In this document: positions 10,300 through 20,203 of the stretch, piece after piece
Numbering within the stretch: position 1 is the stretch's first letter
Layout of the letters: each line of letters starts with the position of its first letter
Virus record (IMG/VR): IMGVR_UViG_3300042564_006854
Span: 4,579-68,578 of that record
Origin: a virus
Length of the DNA: 64,000 nt
Strand: one strand, 5' to 3'
The notes under the pieces: model-generated
Told to the model about the DNA's origin: nothing
Databases searched by the model: none
Seen by the model: the letters and a program-made list of their open reading frames with translations, nothing else
Position numbers and translations under genes: made by a program

Positions 10300-11040
10300 T
10301 TAAGAAATAATAGGAAGGATTACCCTTTCAACAAACTTTTGCATATCCTCGGTACTTATAGTGTCGAGGGTATCTCGTTTAGTATGGCAATTAAATAACA
10401 TGTCATAGTCAAGATAAGATTCTCCCCATTTTACTGAGCTTGTGCCCTCTTCTAAAATAGGTAAAGGATTAATTACAACTGAGTCAATTCCGTTTTTTCT
10501 AAAGATCACAGAGTCATTAAATGGCGTACTAACTATTGGACAATCAAAGATCCCTCTAATATGATCCTGTAATTTACCAGGATAGTCCCCAATAAAGAAA
10601 GTGGAGCCACCTCGACCAGTTAATTCAAGATTAAGGATCCAGCTAATTTCTCCAAACTCTCCATCAAAGATTTGGTCAGATAGACACTGTGCACCTAGTC
10701 CCCCAACCTCTTCACCATCCAATAGGACAACGGTTACCTCAGGTTTAAGTAACTTGGTTGCTATTGCATTGATTACTGACGCTGAGTTATCATTAGCGTT
10801 GTCAATATTAGGATTTACAATATCATGATGAGCAGTAATAATCTTGTCTGACGTTCCTCTTAGAACAACATTAAAACCTAGAGTATCTTCAGTTACCCTA
10901 AACCAGTGTAATTCTGGACTCAGTCCAAGATCATTCGTAAGCTCCATTAGGAATTTTACTCGGGGAGACTCCGCTAATCCATTTTTGTAGATTGAACCAA
11001 GATTACGGACTTTGCAAAAATCATATATTTTATTGTACAT
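10300..11040 (-). CDS. M28/M20-like zinc peptidase
   Basis: AHHDIV (H-x-D metal ligand) and LLDGEEVGGLGA (D/EE-x-G-x-x-G), the pattern of M28-family aminopeptidases. Confidence 0.5.
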   Translation of the reverse strand: MYNKIYDFCKVRNLGSIYKNGLAESPRVKFLMELTNDLGLSPELHWFRVTEDTLGFNVVLRGTSDKIITAHHDIVNPNIDNANDNSASVINAIATKLLKPEVTVVLLDGEEVGGLGAQCLSDQIFDGEFGEISWILNLELTGRGGSTFFIGDYPGKLQDHIRGIFDCPIVSTPFNDSVIFRKNGIDSVVINPLPILEEGTSSVKWGESYLDYDMLFNCHTKRDTLDTISTEDMQKFVERVILPIIS

Positions 11041-11056
11041 AACTATATTATACTAA

Positions 11057-11075
11057 AGATAAATAATTAAAATAA
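11057..11075 (+). promoter_or_regulatory. late-promoter-like motif AGATAAATAATTAAAATAA
   Basis: Identical 19-mer to the one at 8639; lies 29 nt upstream of the ATG at 11086. Confidence 0.5.
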
Positions 11076-11085
11076 ACTCATCGAC

Positions 11086-11280
11086 ATGTCATTTATTAAT
11101 TGGGGAGAAGAATCACCAGAACAACTAGCTGCTCGCAAAAGAATAGAAGAAGCGATGATGTTTGAACAAGTAGCATATTCTGCGGCAATGGCTGCTGCGG
11201 CTGCAGCAGCTGGCTCAGGTGGAATTAAATCTAACAAGTATATTGTTAATGACTATGTCGAAGATGGATATTTTGAATAA
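11086..11280 (+). CDS. short paralog of the N-terminal module of ORF 8669
   Basis: MSFINWGEESPEQ...MMFEQVAY.AAMAAAAAAAG is near-identical to residues 1-45 of the 8669 protein. Confidence 0.45.
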   Translation: MSFINWGEESPEQLAARKRIEEAMMFEQVAYSAAMAAAAAAAGSGGIKSNKYIVNDYVEDGYFE

Positions 11281-11305
11281 TTTCCAAAAAGAAATGGAAA
11301 TTGCT

Positions 11306-11539
11306 CTAGAGACCGTGCCTACTTAACAAATAATTTATTACTTGAGATTCATGGTCCCAACCTAATGCTGACTTTTCACCATTATGTGTATACGACCAAG
11401 TCATTGGATTCTTACCATGATAATTTACTACAATTACTTCAAAGCCTTGCTCACGCAGGGCTTTTATATTATTACGATATTCCTCTTGAGAGGCTTGTAA
11501 TTTAGCAAGTTTCTTGGGACCAATATAATCATTTCTCAT
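11306..11539 (-). CDS. hypothetical protein
   Basis: 77-aa ORF. Confidence 0.35.
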   Translation of the reverse strand: MRNDYIGPKKLAKLQASQEEYRNNIKALREQGFEVIVVNYHGKNPMTWSYTHNGEKSALGWDHESQVINYLLSRHGL

Positions 11540-11816
11540 CTCTTCGAGTAAATCTAGGAGAACAACCTAGGTGAATAGCTACACTAAATGACTGGTGTAA
11601 TGTTTTTGGAACCTTATGCTTAGTTAAAGTTTCTTTGATAATTTTCTGAAAGCGATCTTCACTTATTTCATAATCATCAAATGGAATCTCCTTTTGGCCA
11701 CGTTCATTAACTGTTGCATTCTCTACTAATTTATCAAAATCACCCTTAGGTGTAGAATTTGCAAAAAGCTCACGATAACAATCGAAAAGAGCTAAATCTA
11801 TTTTATCATGTTTCAT
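11529..11816 (-). CDS. hypothetical protein
   Basis: 95-aa ORF. Confidence 0.35.
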   Translation of the reverse strand: MKHDKIDLALFDCYRELFANSTPKGDFDKLVENATVNERGQKEIPFDDYEISEDRFQKIIKETLTKHKVPKTLHQSFSVAIHLGCSPRFTRRDEK

Positions 11817-11846
11817 ATAGAATTATACTATTGTTTAGATAAAGGT

Positions 11847-13337
11847 TTAGCTTATTGACTCTCCACTAATAATAATATCCTTAATTTTATCGTAATCATC
11901 AACTACTTTAGCTACTTGAGGATATGCTGATCTACCAAAGTTAGATAAAATATATTTGAATCCTCTAGTTGGATCATTCATTAATTGATCATTCTTATTT
12001 AAAATCTTTGTTTTTTCTTCATCTGTAAGATTAGGCATTAGAATATTTAAGATTCTTGCAGAAAATATTGAATTAACTCCAGATTTTATATAAACATTAA
12101 ATATTTCTTCTCTAGACAAACTATTTGATAATTCATCTTCTAATATACCAACAATAACATTTCGAAGATCGTCGTTAGCCTCTAAATCAAGTCGGTATGT
12201 AACTTTTACAAGAGTATTTAAAACATCTGCTGCTTTAGCATTATCTACACCTAAACTAGTTAATATTTTTTTAATTTCCTGTTCTAATGGTATTTTAGAT
12301 ACTATTGCATTTACTAAATCTTCAGGATAACCTAATCCAGAAAAATGAGCTTGTACATCCGTTGATTTTGCAATATTGTGGTTTGCCTTATTATTTGAAA
12401 CATCAACCCTACCTTGTTGATCAATGGTTGTACCCGTGGTAAACATATGATCTGTTGGAGAAAGATTAAAATCATATATATTAATTTGAAGACTCTCTGG
12501 ATTTTTACCTGCATAATTCTTCCACGCCCAATCATTAATACACCAATTTGAAACGTTTGTACAAATAGATTTTTGTGCAGATTCTGTTCTTACGCTAATA
12601 ACTAATCTTTTATTTTTGTAATAAAGTATACCGGCTTGAGGTTGAATTGCACGAATTGCATTTATTTTTTCAGAAATATCAGTATCTGCTGCACCTTCAG
12701 CCGAGCTTTTAACGTATTCTAAATATTCAAGTGGATTAGAATATCTATTAGTTGCCTTTAGCAATGTTCGACGATTACTTTTTTCGTCAGTTGGCAGAAT
12801 ATTTAATTTTTCGTCAGCATCATCAATTAGTTTAGCAGCATCATATAATTCATCTAATTGAGTTTCATTAAATGATTGTTTAATTGCTCTACGTAAAGTT
12901 CCATTTACTTTTTCAATAACCCATTTATATTTTCTTTGATTACTAATTTTATTAAGTGCATCACGTAAAGCTTCAAATGGATTTAATCCATGCACACTTT
13001 CCTGTTTTGAATACTCTTCAATTGTCATAGGTAAAGAGGTTAATGACCCAGCATTCTCTTTAATTTTAGTGTAAAGATCTGTTAAATCAGTAAGTGATGT
13101 CGCATGATCTAAATTAAACTTAACAAAGGCGTAAACGTATCCATCATTTCCTTTTAACAATTCACGTATATTTTTATAAGCTCTATTGTTTAATGCCGCT
13201 TGCTCAACCTCAGGTGTAATCTCCTCAATTTGATTAATGTCAGCATATTTTTTAATTAGGTATGATTTGGCAGCCTTGACGTTTTCATTAATACTGCTTG
13301 ATTTTGCCCATTGAGCAAAGGATAGTACTCCATTCAT
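11847..13337 (-). CDS. hypothetical protein (496 aa)
   Basis: Long uninterrupted ORF; no motif recognised. Confidence 0.55.
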   Translation of the reverse strand: MNGVLSFAQWAKSSSINENVKAAKSYLIKKYADINQIEEITPEVEQAALNNRAYKNIRELLKGNDGYVYAFVKFNLDHATSLTDLTDLYTKIKENAGSLTSLPMTIEEYSKQESVHGLNPFEALRDALNKISNQRKYKWVIEKVNGTLRRAIKQSFNETQLDELYDAAKLIDDADEKLNILPTDEKSNRRTLLKATNRYSNPLEYLEYVKSSAEGAADTDISEKINAIRAIQPQAGILYYKNKRLVISVRTESAQKSICTNVSNWCINDWAWKNYAGKNPESLQINIYDFNLSPTDHMFTTGTTIDQQGRVDVSNNKANHNIAKSTDVQAHFSGLGYPEDLVNAIVSKIPLEQEIKKILTSLGVDNAKAADVLNTLVKVTYRLDLEANDDLRNVIVGILEDELSNSLSREEIFNVYIKSGVNSIFSARILNILMPNLTDEEKTKILNKNDQLMNDPTRGFKYILSNFGRSAYPQVAKVVDDYDKIKDIIISGESIS

Positions 13338-13413
13338 ATTAAAATAAATTGTTTTATAGATTTATTTATCTCTATCTTTGTACTCTTTCTTTTCCTATTT
13401 GATCTTAATCTTA

Positions 13414-13432
13414 AGATAAATAACTAAAATAA
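13414..13432 (+). promoter_or_regulatory. late-promoter-like motif AGATAAATAACTAAAATAA
   Basis: Lies 29 nt upstream of the ATG at 13443. Confidence 0.5.
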
Positions 13433-13442
13433 ATCTATTTTT

Positions 13443-13715
13443 ATGGCAAGAAAGCATATCAAAACAATGAATGAACAATTCATGATGGGAGATACTCAGA
13501 CGAAACCAACAACTGCACCTCCAGTAACTGCTCCGCCAGTGACTAGACCATTCCGACCAGTTCCAACTAAGAGACCTAGTGAAAAGGAAAAAAGTAAACC
13601 TATTGCTGAATATAATAAAATGATTGATCTATTCTTTGAAGAATTAGAAAAAGCTAAAGATACTCCAGAAGGTCAGGAGATGATTAAAAATTTATATGAC
13701 AAGTATGCAAAATAA
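13443..13715 (+). CDS. hypothetical Pro/Thr-rich protein
   Basis: 90-aa ORF with TAPPVTAPPVTRPFRPVP repeats. Confidence 0.4.
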   Translation: MARKHIKTMNEQFMMGDTQTKPTTAPPVTAPPVTRPFRPVPTKRPSEKEKSKPIAEYNKMIDLFFEELEKAKDTPEGQEMIKNLYDKYAK

Positions 13716-15207
13716 AATATTTGATTTTAAATCTTTCGTAAATGAAGTTTCATTAGAAGGAAATAAAGGAATTCCAGGAGAAGGCGGAGATAATTCATCT
13801 TCATGGCTAAGAAAGATTAACACTGAAAAAGGTGCAAGAATGGCTGAGTTCGAAAGAGAAAATCGCCAAGATATTAACCAGTTTATGCAATTTGTTGGTC
13901 AGTCTCAACAAATTCAAAGAGGACATGAAGAAGAGCTATCTAAATTAGCTGAAGATTCATTTAGAGCTCTCTTTAAGAGTTTACTTGATGATGTAGTATT
14001 AGACTTTAAAGTAGGCAATGGCTCTAGAGAAATTGTTCAAGAAACTCCAGAAGAGCAATCGAATTCAAATATTGAGATGAAGATTGAAAATATTGATGAC
14101 GAACGAATTATTAGTGAAATCGAAAGACGTAAAATATTAAGATCAATTCAACAAGGAAAAGGATTAACCTCTAAAGCAATTTTAAATTTACCGATATTTA
14201 AAAATGGAATAACTGAGATTATTGGAGCTAGGGCAGATGAATATATTCGACTCCTAAATAAGATTTCAAGCATTATGCAATTTAATGATTGGAGATTTTC
14301 AGAACAGATGATTAAGTCAATGTTAAAGGGAGGAACTGCTGGAGCATGTAAAATTGAATTTGAAGAGAAGGAAGCATTTGGTGAAAAGGAGTCAGAGACT
14401 AAACAAAAATCTGCTGAAGATCTATTAGATGAAATCGCAAATGGTGGAGATCTAGAAGAGAGTGAGGCAGCTGCTGATCTTATCGAAGGAACTGGTGCAA
14501 AAATTATTGCTAGAGGTGTAGATATGTCTGTTTTAATTCATGAAGCAATTAAAGGAATTTATATGTTACCTGTTCAATTAAGTCTAGAACACTTATCTGA
14601 AGATGAAGCTGAATTAGTAATTTCAAATACTGATACTCTATTGGATGAGGCACAAGAATTTAAGTATGGGCCAGAAATGCAAAGATCTTTCTATAAAGCA
14701 ATTATTTCAAATCCCGAAGTAAAAGAGAGACTTGATAATTTTAGAGGAAATTTAGATACTGACTCTGCTTGGAATGAAATGGGAGGATTCGAAGAACAAT
14801 TATTTTGGATGGTATTTGGCTTACTTGCAACTTCTCATCAAGATAATCCAAGCGAAATGCTAAAAATAGTGTATGCTGTTTTAATTGAAGATCAAGATAA
14901 AATAGAAAAATTATTTTATCCACTAGTTGAGGATGCTATTAAAAACCTAGATGCAGAAGAAGAATATCAATCATATAAATCTAGTGGAGGAGCTGGGGAA
15001 TATTCAGAGCCATCTAGAGAAGAACCTACATTTGAACCAGAAGAGACTTTACCAAGTGGAGGACAACTTTCTCCAGATGAAGTAAACGATGCAATTATTG
15101 ATGCATACGAAAGAGGAGATATGGAAGAGGTTAAGAGATTACGCCGAGAATATTTAGGCGAGTCTGTCCTACTTTCATATAGAGCATGGACAATTATTAA
15201 TTCTTAA
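13696..15207 (+). CDS. acidic protein with T4 internal-protein-like capsid-targeting N-terminus
   Basis: 503-aa ORF; N-terminus MQNKIFDFKSFVNE|VS resembles the T4 IPIII capsid-targeting sequence MKTYQEFIAE with an I/V-x-E cleavage context. Confidence 0.5.
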   Translation: MTSMQNKIFDFKSFVNEVSLEGNKGIPGEGGDNSSSWLRKINTEKGARMAEFERENRQDINQFMQFVGQSQQIQRGHEEELSKLAEDSFRALFKSLLDDVVLDFKVGNGSREIVQETPEEQSNSNIEMKIENIDDERIISEIERRKILRSIQQGKGLTSKAILNLPIFKNGITEIIGARADEYIRLLNKISSIMQFNDWRFSEQMIKSMLKGGTAGACKIEFEEKEAFGEKESETKQKSAEDLLDEIANGGDLEESEAAADLIEGTGAKIIARGVDMSVLIHEAIKGIYMLPVQLSLEHLSEDEAELVISNTDTLLDEAQEFKYGPEMQRSFYKAIISNPEVKERLDNFRGNLDTDSAWNEMGGFEEQLFWMVFGLLATSHQDNPSEMLKIVYAVLIEDQDKIEKLFYPLVEDAIKNLDAEEEYQSYKSSGGAGEYSEPSREEPTFEPEETLPSGGQLSPDEVNDAIIDAYERGDMEEVKRLRREYLGESVLLSYRAWTIINS

Positions 15208-15491
15208 ATAAACGGAGGTCCGAAATGGCCTCCTTTTTTCATGTGACCGAGGTCAACAAGCTTGGCTTTCATAAAATCTAGATGTTGACATACTTGATTA
15301 CCCATGCTTTTTTCGTGATAAACAATAAATTCAACTAATAACTTATAGGAATAATTAGTATCCCACTTAAGTAGCTTGCTTATAATTTCTTTGGCCTCTA
15401 CTCGATATTCAGCAGCAACCCAATAGTCAACGATTATATCAAAATCGTATTCTACAATTCCAATTTTCATCTTAAGGCAACGGGTCTTCAT
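15204..15491 (-). CDS. hypothetical protein
   Basis: 95-aa ORF. Confidence 0.35.
   Translation of the reverse strand: MKTRCLKMKIGIVEYDFDIIVDYWVAAEYRVEAKEIISKLLKWDTNYSYKLLVEFIVYHEKSMGNQVCQHLDFMKAKLVDLGHMKKGGHFGPPFI
15214..15239 (+). terminator. rho-independent terminator
   Basis: Stem GGAGGTCC...GGCCTCC followed by TTTTTTC immediately after the stop at 15207. Confidence 0.5.
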
Positions 15492-15741
15492 CTTTATTAA
15501 GTTGATTTAAAAATTTACGTAAATCCTCTTGATCTTTCTCTTTAAAAATAAATTCGTCCCACTCTCCAAATCTAGAGGAGTAGCCAAAAATATATTTAAT
15601 ACCTCTTTTTAACCTTGACCAAAAGCTATCTCCAGTTAAGTGAACATATATAAATAGTTCACGGTCTTCTGTACCATACATAAATTTTACTTGATGTTCA
15701 AACGAGTTACACTCGCAAACAAAGATTTCAGTTTCTTCCAT
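15472..15741 (-). CDS. hypothetical protein
   Basis: 89-aa ORF. Confidence 0.35.
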   Translation of the reverse strand: MEETEIFVCECNSFEHQVKFMYGTEDRELFIYVHLTGDSFWSRLKRGIKYIFGYSSRFGEWDEFIFKEKDQEDLRKFLNQLNKDEDPLP

Positions 15742-16295
15742 TATGTGTGAATTTTTTTATTTACAAGCCCACATAAAAACTCCGATACTAGATCAGCTTC
15801 AGGATTTCTCCAAGCATGATTTAAGTAAACATCTGCATTCTTATGATAGTGATAATAGTTTGAGTCTAAGTGATCCTGTGCAGCCTTAGCAGTTAGAAAA
15901 CAATTGACATAAACTGGTTCTAATGTATATGAACATCGTTCTAATGAAGTATATCTTTCAATAAAATCAAATAATTGAAGATCTTCTCCATTCCATTCGA
16001 AAGATTCCCATTCATTATCCCAAAACTCTTTTAATTCTTCTCTAGAAGGAGACTCAATATCATTAGATTCTAAATAATCAAATAGATCGTCAAACGTTTC
16101 TATTTCTAGATAATCGCCTGACCGGTCAATCCAAATTCCAATATCTCCATTAAGATTCCAATCATATTGTCTTTGCCAATCTCTAATTTGAAACATATGA
16201 GGCATTCGAGTTGATCGAGGATCTTGAGTAGTCATCTCAGTAGCAAGCTCAATTAGCTTTGCATATACTTCATCACTTACTTCAATTGATTTCAT
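15741..16295 (-). CDS. hypothetical acidic protein
   Basis: 184-aa ORF. Confidence 0.4.
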   Translation of the reverse strand: MKSIEVSDEVYAKLIELATEMTTQDPRSTRMPHMFQIRDWQRQYDWNLNGDIGIWIDRSGDYLEIETFDDLFDYLESNDIESPSREELKEFWDNEWESFEWNGEDLQLFDFIERYTSLERCSYTLEPVYVNCFLTAKAAQDHLDSNYYHYHKNADVYLNHAWRNPEADLVSEFLCGLVNKKIHT

Positions 16296-16500
16296 TCTCT
16301 TCGTTTTCTACATTTGCAGTAATCGTCATTCCAGTAAAGGTATCTGTTCCCGTGTCACCAAAACCATCATATACTGTCTCAATATTTGATTGAATTTGAT
16401 CTACTCGGTATCCCCTTTGTTCAAGATCGTGTATAACTAGTTGTTTAATCTCATCAGCTGAGAGCTTAATAATTGTTTTTTGAGTTATATAAACTATCAT
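16282..16500 (-). CDS. hypothetical protein
   Basis: 72-aa ORF. Confidence 0.3.
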   Translation of the reverse strand: MIVYITQKTIIKLSADEIKQLVIHDLEQRGYRVDQIQSNIETVYDGFGDTGTDTFTGMTITANVENEENEIN

Positions 16501-17078
16501 TTTTCAACCATTTCAAATTCAATATTATTGCAGTCAGACAACTTGGCCCAAAATCTTTGAGCTTTGATCTTTTTAGATTTAGGATTTCCCCAACTCCATC
16601 TGCTTCCTGGCATAGTGACCTCACCTAAGTTCTTTGCATAGAAAGTAATTGAAGAAAAGTCAGATGCGCCTTTACGAATGTAAATTCTATCAATTGCTAA
16701 AGTTGTTCCAGCAGGTATTGTAATAGAGATCTGATTCTTTCCAAGCATTTTCGCTTTTTCTAACCATTCAGCACGATCGTCCGCATATTTTATGTATTCT
16801 GAACAAGAGTCTTCAGCTTCTTTACATGCAGCATTATATGCAGAGAAATCTATTCCACCAAACGTTTTACGAAACTTTGGATCTTCTCGAGATGGATATT
16901 TAATGTCATAATCTGGGTTTCTTAATTGAGGAAGTTTCTCTTCTTCAATCCAACCTCCGCATAAGTAATAACCAAATAGTGCACCCAATTGTGCATTGCG
17001 AGTCTCTGAATGTAATTCAAATGTCCAATCTTTAGTCAAGACTATATGGTCTCCAATTTCAGGTATGTATAACTTCAT
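16497..17078 (-). CDS. hypothetical protein
   Basis: 193-aa ORF. Confidence 0.4.
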   Translation of the reverse strand: MKLYIPEIGDHIVLTKDWTFELHSETRNAQLGALFGYYLCGGWIEEEKLPQLRNPDYDIKYPSREDPKFRKTFGGIDFSAYNAACKEAEDSCSEYIKYADDRAEWLEKAKMLGKNQISITIPAGTTLAIDRIYIRKGASDFSSITFYAKNLGEVTMPGSRWSWGNPKSKKIKAQRFWAKLSDCNNIEFEMVEK

Positions 17079-17090
17079 AATTATATAATA

Positions 17091-17672
17091 CTATTTTTCG
17101 GATTTTAATTTAAACAATTGAATTAAGCCATTTCTCATAAATCCTTCAAGTCTCTCTCTATTTGAGCTTCCTTTTGGATGAACTGGATACCATTTTCTGA
17201 TTTTTCCAGATGGAAGTTCAGTTTTAAAAACTTGTTCTTCTTTAAAAGTGACCTTTTCAATTAACCACTCACTAATAAATTGATCTACTTCTTTTTGAAG
17301 TTCAGAATATTTCACTAGCGCTGGTTGCTTTGCCCCTTTCTCCATCCACCATTCAGCAAAGGATGAAAGTCCATCGAAAGCATTGTCCAATCTATTCTCT
17401 CTAAAATCTGCATCAATAATAAAGTTTTCTGGAAAGTCATCATATTGTCGATACACTTGACAAGAATGATTTGAGAGATATACTCTAAATCCAAGAGTTT
17501 CAATCTTATCAACAACTGTCATTAGCCATTCCCAAGAAGAGTGATATTGAGCTTCCTCAATTTTATACTCCTTATTCTTACGAATATAATAGGATGGTTC
17601 TAATCCAGTATCATAGAAATCTTCCATAAATACTGCAATATGATGATTGTGTTTACGGGTGTAGTTGTCCAT
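17091..17672 (-). CDS. hypothetical protein
   Basis: 193-aa ORF. Confidence 0.4.
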   Translation of the reverse strand: MDNYTRKHNHHIAVFMEDFYDTGLEPSYYIRKNKEYKIEEAQYHSSWEWLMTVVDKIETLGFRVYLSNHSCQVYRQYDDFPENFIIDADFRENRLDNAFDGLSSFAEWWMEKGAKQPALVKYSELQKEVDQFISEWLIEKVTFKEEQVFKTELPSGKIRKWYPVHPKGSSNRERLEGFMRNGLIQLFKLKSEK

Positions 17673-17702
17673 ATTCTAAGTATACTAAATAATTATCTTT
17701 AA

Positions 17703-18506
17703 TTAAATTGGAAGTTTCACTTTATTTAATAATTGATTTGATACATGCGTATAAATTTCAGTAGTCTTAGAAGAAGAGTGTCCTGCAATTTTCTGAATAA
17801 TTCTAAGATCAGTCCCAGATTCTAGAAGATTAGTAAAAGAAGAATGTCTTAAGGTATGGATAGATGAATCTGAAGCAATGTATTTTTTGTAGATTTTCTG
17901 ACAACTTCCTATTGAATATTGTAATCCGTTTTGACCATTAAATAAATATACTTCTGGTTTATATTCTTTAAAATATTGTCTTGATAATTCTAAAACAGTT
18001 TGTGATAGTGGGACTATTCTATCTTTTCTGCCCTTTGCATTCTTAATATGAATTAACATGCGTTTAGAATCAATATCTTCTATCTTAAGATTAACTACTT
18101 CAGAAACCCTTAGTCCAACTGAGTAAGTCAAAGTTAAAATTGCTCGGTGTTTTAAGTTTACAATTTTAGATAATTTGGATTTTATATAATCTCCATCTAT
18201 CACTTTAGGTAGTTTCTTTTCTGTTCTAGGCCGCTTAAAACTTACTTTATCGTATTTTTTACCTAAAACTTCTTTATAAAGAAATCGAATAGAATTAATA
18301 ACTTGATTTTGTTGTGAGACCGATGTAAACTTATAACTATCTAAATACGATTGAAAATCAGTTGAATTACAATGGATGATTTGTTTGTCTCCTAAACTTT
18401 CTAAAAAAGATTTGACGTGAGACATATAATTATCTCTAGTTCTCGGAGAATAGTTTAAGTATATAAACTTTTCTTCACAAATCTTTATAATTTTTTGATT
18501 TTTCAT
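17703..18506 (-). CDS. tyrosine site-specific recombinase (XerC/D-integrase family)
   Basis: C-terminal catalytic signature HTLRHSSFTNLLESGTDLRIIQKIAGHSSSKTTEIYTHV (R...H-x-x-R...Y); N-terminal SAM-like domain. Confidence 0.8.
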   Translation of the reverse strand: MKNQKIIKICEEKFIYLNYSPRTRDNYMSHVKSFLESLGDKQIIHCNSTDFQSYLDSYKFTSVSQQNQVINSIRFLYKEVLGKKYDKVSFKRPRTEKKLPKVIDGDYIKSKLSKIVNLKHRAILTLTYSVGLRVSEVVNLKIEDIDSKRMLIHIKNAKGRKDRIVPLSQTVLELSRQYFKEYKPEVYLFNGQNGLQYSIGSCQKIYKKYIASDSSIHTLRHSSFTNLLESGTDLRIIQKIAGHSSSKTTEIYTHVSNQLLNKVKLPI

Positions 18507-18610
18507 TATTTAAAGTATTAAATATTAAACACTTAGAAAAAGGTTATTATATAATATAGTTATATTCAATTTGTTCGTTCCTCAAAAACTACGCTTCGCT
18601 GAATATAACA

Positions 18611-18820
18611 TCAGATAAACAAAATAAAATTAAAAATCAACGATATTACTAATATAATTCCGATTCCAATTATCCATTTTCGTGCAAGAAAAAATCCTTG
18701 TACAAAACCATTTGAGTATCCACTAGTATATGAGCGTTTATCTAAGTTTAGACTTTTGTAGTCAACCTTGTCGTGTTCCTTTAATTTTTGTAAAAGGATT
18801 TTTTTAAGTATCCGTTCCAT
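18611..18820 (-). CDS. small membrane protein
   Basis: 69-aa ORF with a C-terminal hydrophobic helix. Confidence 0.3.
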   Translation of the reverse strand: MERILKKILLQKLKEHDKVDYKSLNLDKRSYTSGYSNGFVQGFFLARKWIIGIGIILVISLIFNFILFI

Positions 18821-18875
18821 ATTTTTAATTTTACATTCGTTTATCTGAGTATCGTTATAAGTAATAAAACAAAAA

Positions 18876-19175
18876 TTATTTACTTAATCTATTAAACAAT
18901 TCTTCATTAACGATAATGTTATTGATTGTCTTTGGGTCACCAGTCAATTCTTCAGTTAAGTATTCGTGAGCTAACTGATTAACTACTATATTATCAGTAT
19001 CAATATCTGAATAGTGAATGTGCTCAAATGCTTTTTCGAGTTCCAACTTATCTTCTAAGGTTGGAACTATAATTTTATATTTAGTCCATTTCACTTTTTT
19101 CATTTCTTCTTCTGTAAGGTAATCAGTTTTGTTATCCTCATTCTTGAAGTCATCATATCGTTTCATTCTTTCCAT
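18876..19175 (-). CDS. hypothetical protein
   Basis: 99-aa ORF. Confidence 0.4.
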   Translation of the reverse strand: MERMKRYDDFKNEDNKTDYLTEEEMKKVKWTKYKIIVPTLEDKLELEKAFEHIHYSDIDTDNIVVNQLAHEYLTEELTGDPKTINNIIVNEELFNRLSK

Positions 19176-19216
19176 GTGTTTTATATTTAATTGTATAATT
19201 TTTGTTTTACATACTT

Positions 19217-19266
19217 ATAACAAATGATAAACAACATTAAAACGATTGTTTATCATCGGACGTTAG
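19217..19266. repeat. ATAAC-hairpin(CATTAAAACGA loop)-GTTAG element R1
   Basis: ATAAC, stem GATAAACAA, loop CATTAAAACGA, stem TTGTTTATC, then ACGTTAG; one of six copies with the same architecture. Confidence 0.6.
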
Positions 19267-19276
19267 TGAGAATAAA

Positions 19277-19555
19277 TTAAACTTCCTCAATTTCACAAGT
19301 CATTAAATGCTGGAAGGTTCTCTCAAAAGTGAAATTGTGTTCAATGTCTTTCAATATAAAACCATGTTTCATCTTTTTAATAACTTCAACAATATATGGT
19401 TCTTCGCCAACATTATCATAATCATGTTCAGTGATTTTATATTGAGAACCAACCAACATTTGATGTGAATTGTTTAATTTACTCTCACTAACACCAGATA
19501 TGTTCAATTTTTCTGTGTGTTCTAAAAAACTTTCTATGTGTGATTTACGTTTCAT
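19277..19555 (-). CDS. hypothetical protein (NLNIS-VSES paralog family)
   Basis: 92-aa ORF; N-terminus HIESFLEHTEKLNISGVSES shared with ORFs 20204 and 19954. Confidence 0.4.
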   Translation of the reverse strand: MKRKSHIESFLEHTEKLNISGVSESKLNNSHQMLVGSQYKITEHDYDNVGEEPYIVEVIKKMKHGFILKDIEHNFTFERTFQHLMTCEIEEV

Positions 19556-19622
19556 ATTCTAAATTCATTTATCTATATATTAAAAGAAAAACTAAACATA
19601 TCTGTAAACGTTATGTGCAAGG

Positions 19623-19910
19623 CTAACATCCTGCATCACAAGTATAATTTGGCGTTTTAATTCCAAACATAATTCTAAATGTGCCAACAACTATTGCATA
19701 GGTAATCATATCATCAGACACCCACTTTCTATATCCTGTTAAGTAAGCATAATTATATGGTGGTTTCTTTGCAGTTTTAGGAAATTGGTGAAACGCCAAA
19801 TAATACTTTTTGTTTTGAAATGCTTTGTACATCGTTTTCAAATTAAATTTAGTGCTGATGAACCGCCCAGCACATAACAGCGGTTTGTGGTCATTAGCCC
19901 GACCACACAA
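19623..19910 (-). CDS. hypothetical protein (true start probably internal)
   Basis: 95-aa ORF whose first about 25 codons overlap hairpin element R3; the Met at about 19832 (MYKAFQNKK...) is a likelier start. Confidence 0.3.
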   Translation of the reverse strand: MCGRANDHKPLLCAGRFISTKFNLKTMYKAFQNKKYYLAFHQFPKTAKKPPYNYAYLTGYRKWVSDDMITYAIVVGTFRIMFGIKTPNYTCDAGC

Positions 19911-19951
19911 GGCTTTGCTTCGCTAACGAACCACAAGCCGCAAAACGTTAT
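19874..19951. repeat. ATAAC-hairpin-AAAACGTTAT element R3
   Basis: ATAAC, nested stems (TTGTGGTC/GACCACAA; GGCTT/AAGCC; TTCG/CGAA), then AAAACGTTAT. Confidence 0.5.
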
Positions 19952-19953
19952 GT

Positions 19954-20142
19954 TTAATTCTCAAATAAATGAATGTGTTTAACAACTAAGTTTAACATAC
20001 CATTTTCAATCATATGTTCGTTATGTTCTTTTGATACCAACTTACATTTACCACATTCATAAAAAGAACTAAACATAACATCAGATATATGTAATTTTTT
20101 ATCCGTGTTATCAAGTTCTGTGTTCTTATTTACTTCTTCCAT
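19954..20142 (-). CDS. hypothetical protein (NLNIS-VSES family, divergent)
   Basis: 62-aa ORF with KKLHISDVMFSS; upstream leader shares the AAAAACTAcATATATCTGTAAcCGTTA motif with genes 19277 and 20204. Confidence 0.3.
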   Translation of the reverse strand: MEEVNKNTELDNTDKKLHISDVMFSSFYECGKCKLVSKEHNEHMIENGMLNLVVKHIHLFEN

Positions 20143-20203
20143 ATTTTTAAGTTTGTTAATTTAAGAAAAAACTACATATATCTGTAACCGTTAGTGAGAA
20201 TAT

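Noticed and set aside
17703-18506. The tyrosine recombinase as evidence that this is an integrated prophage with host flanks
   Set aside because: No host-type genes are seen anywhere in the window, and the region is flanked by phage-type small genes and a T4-like core on both sides.
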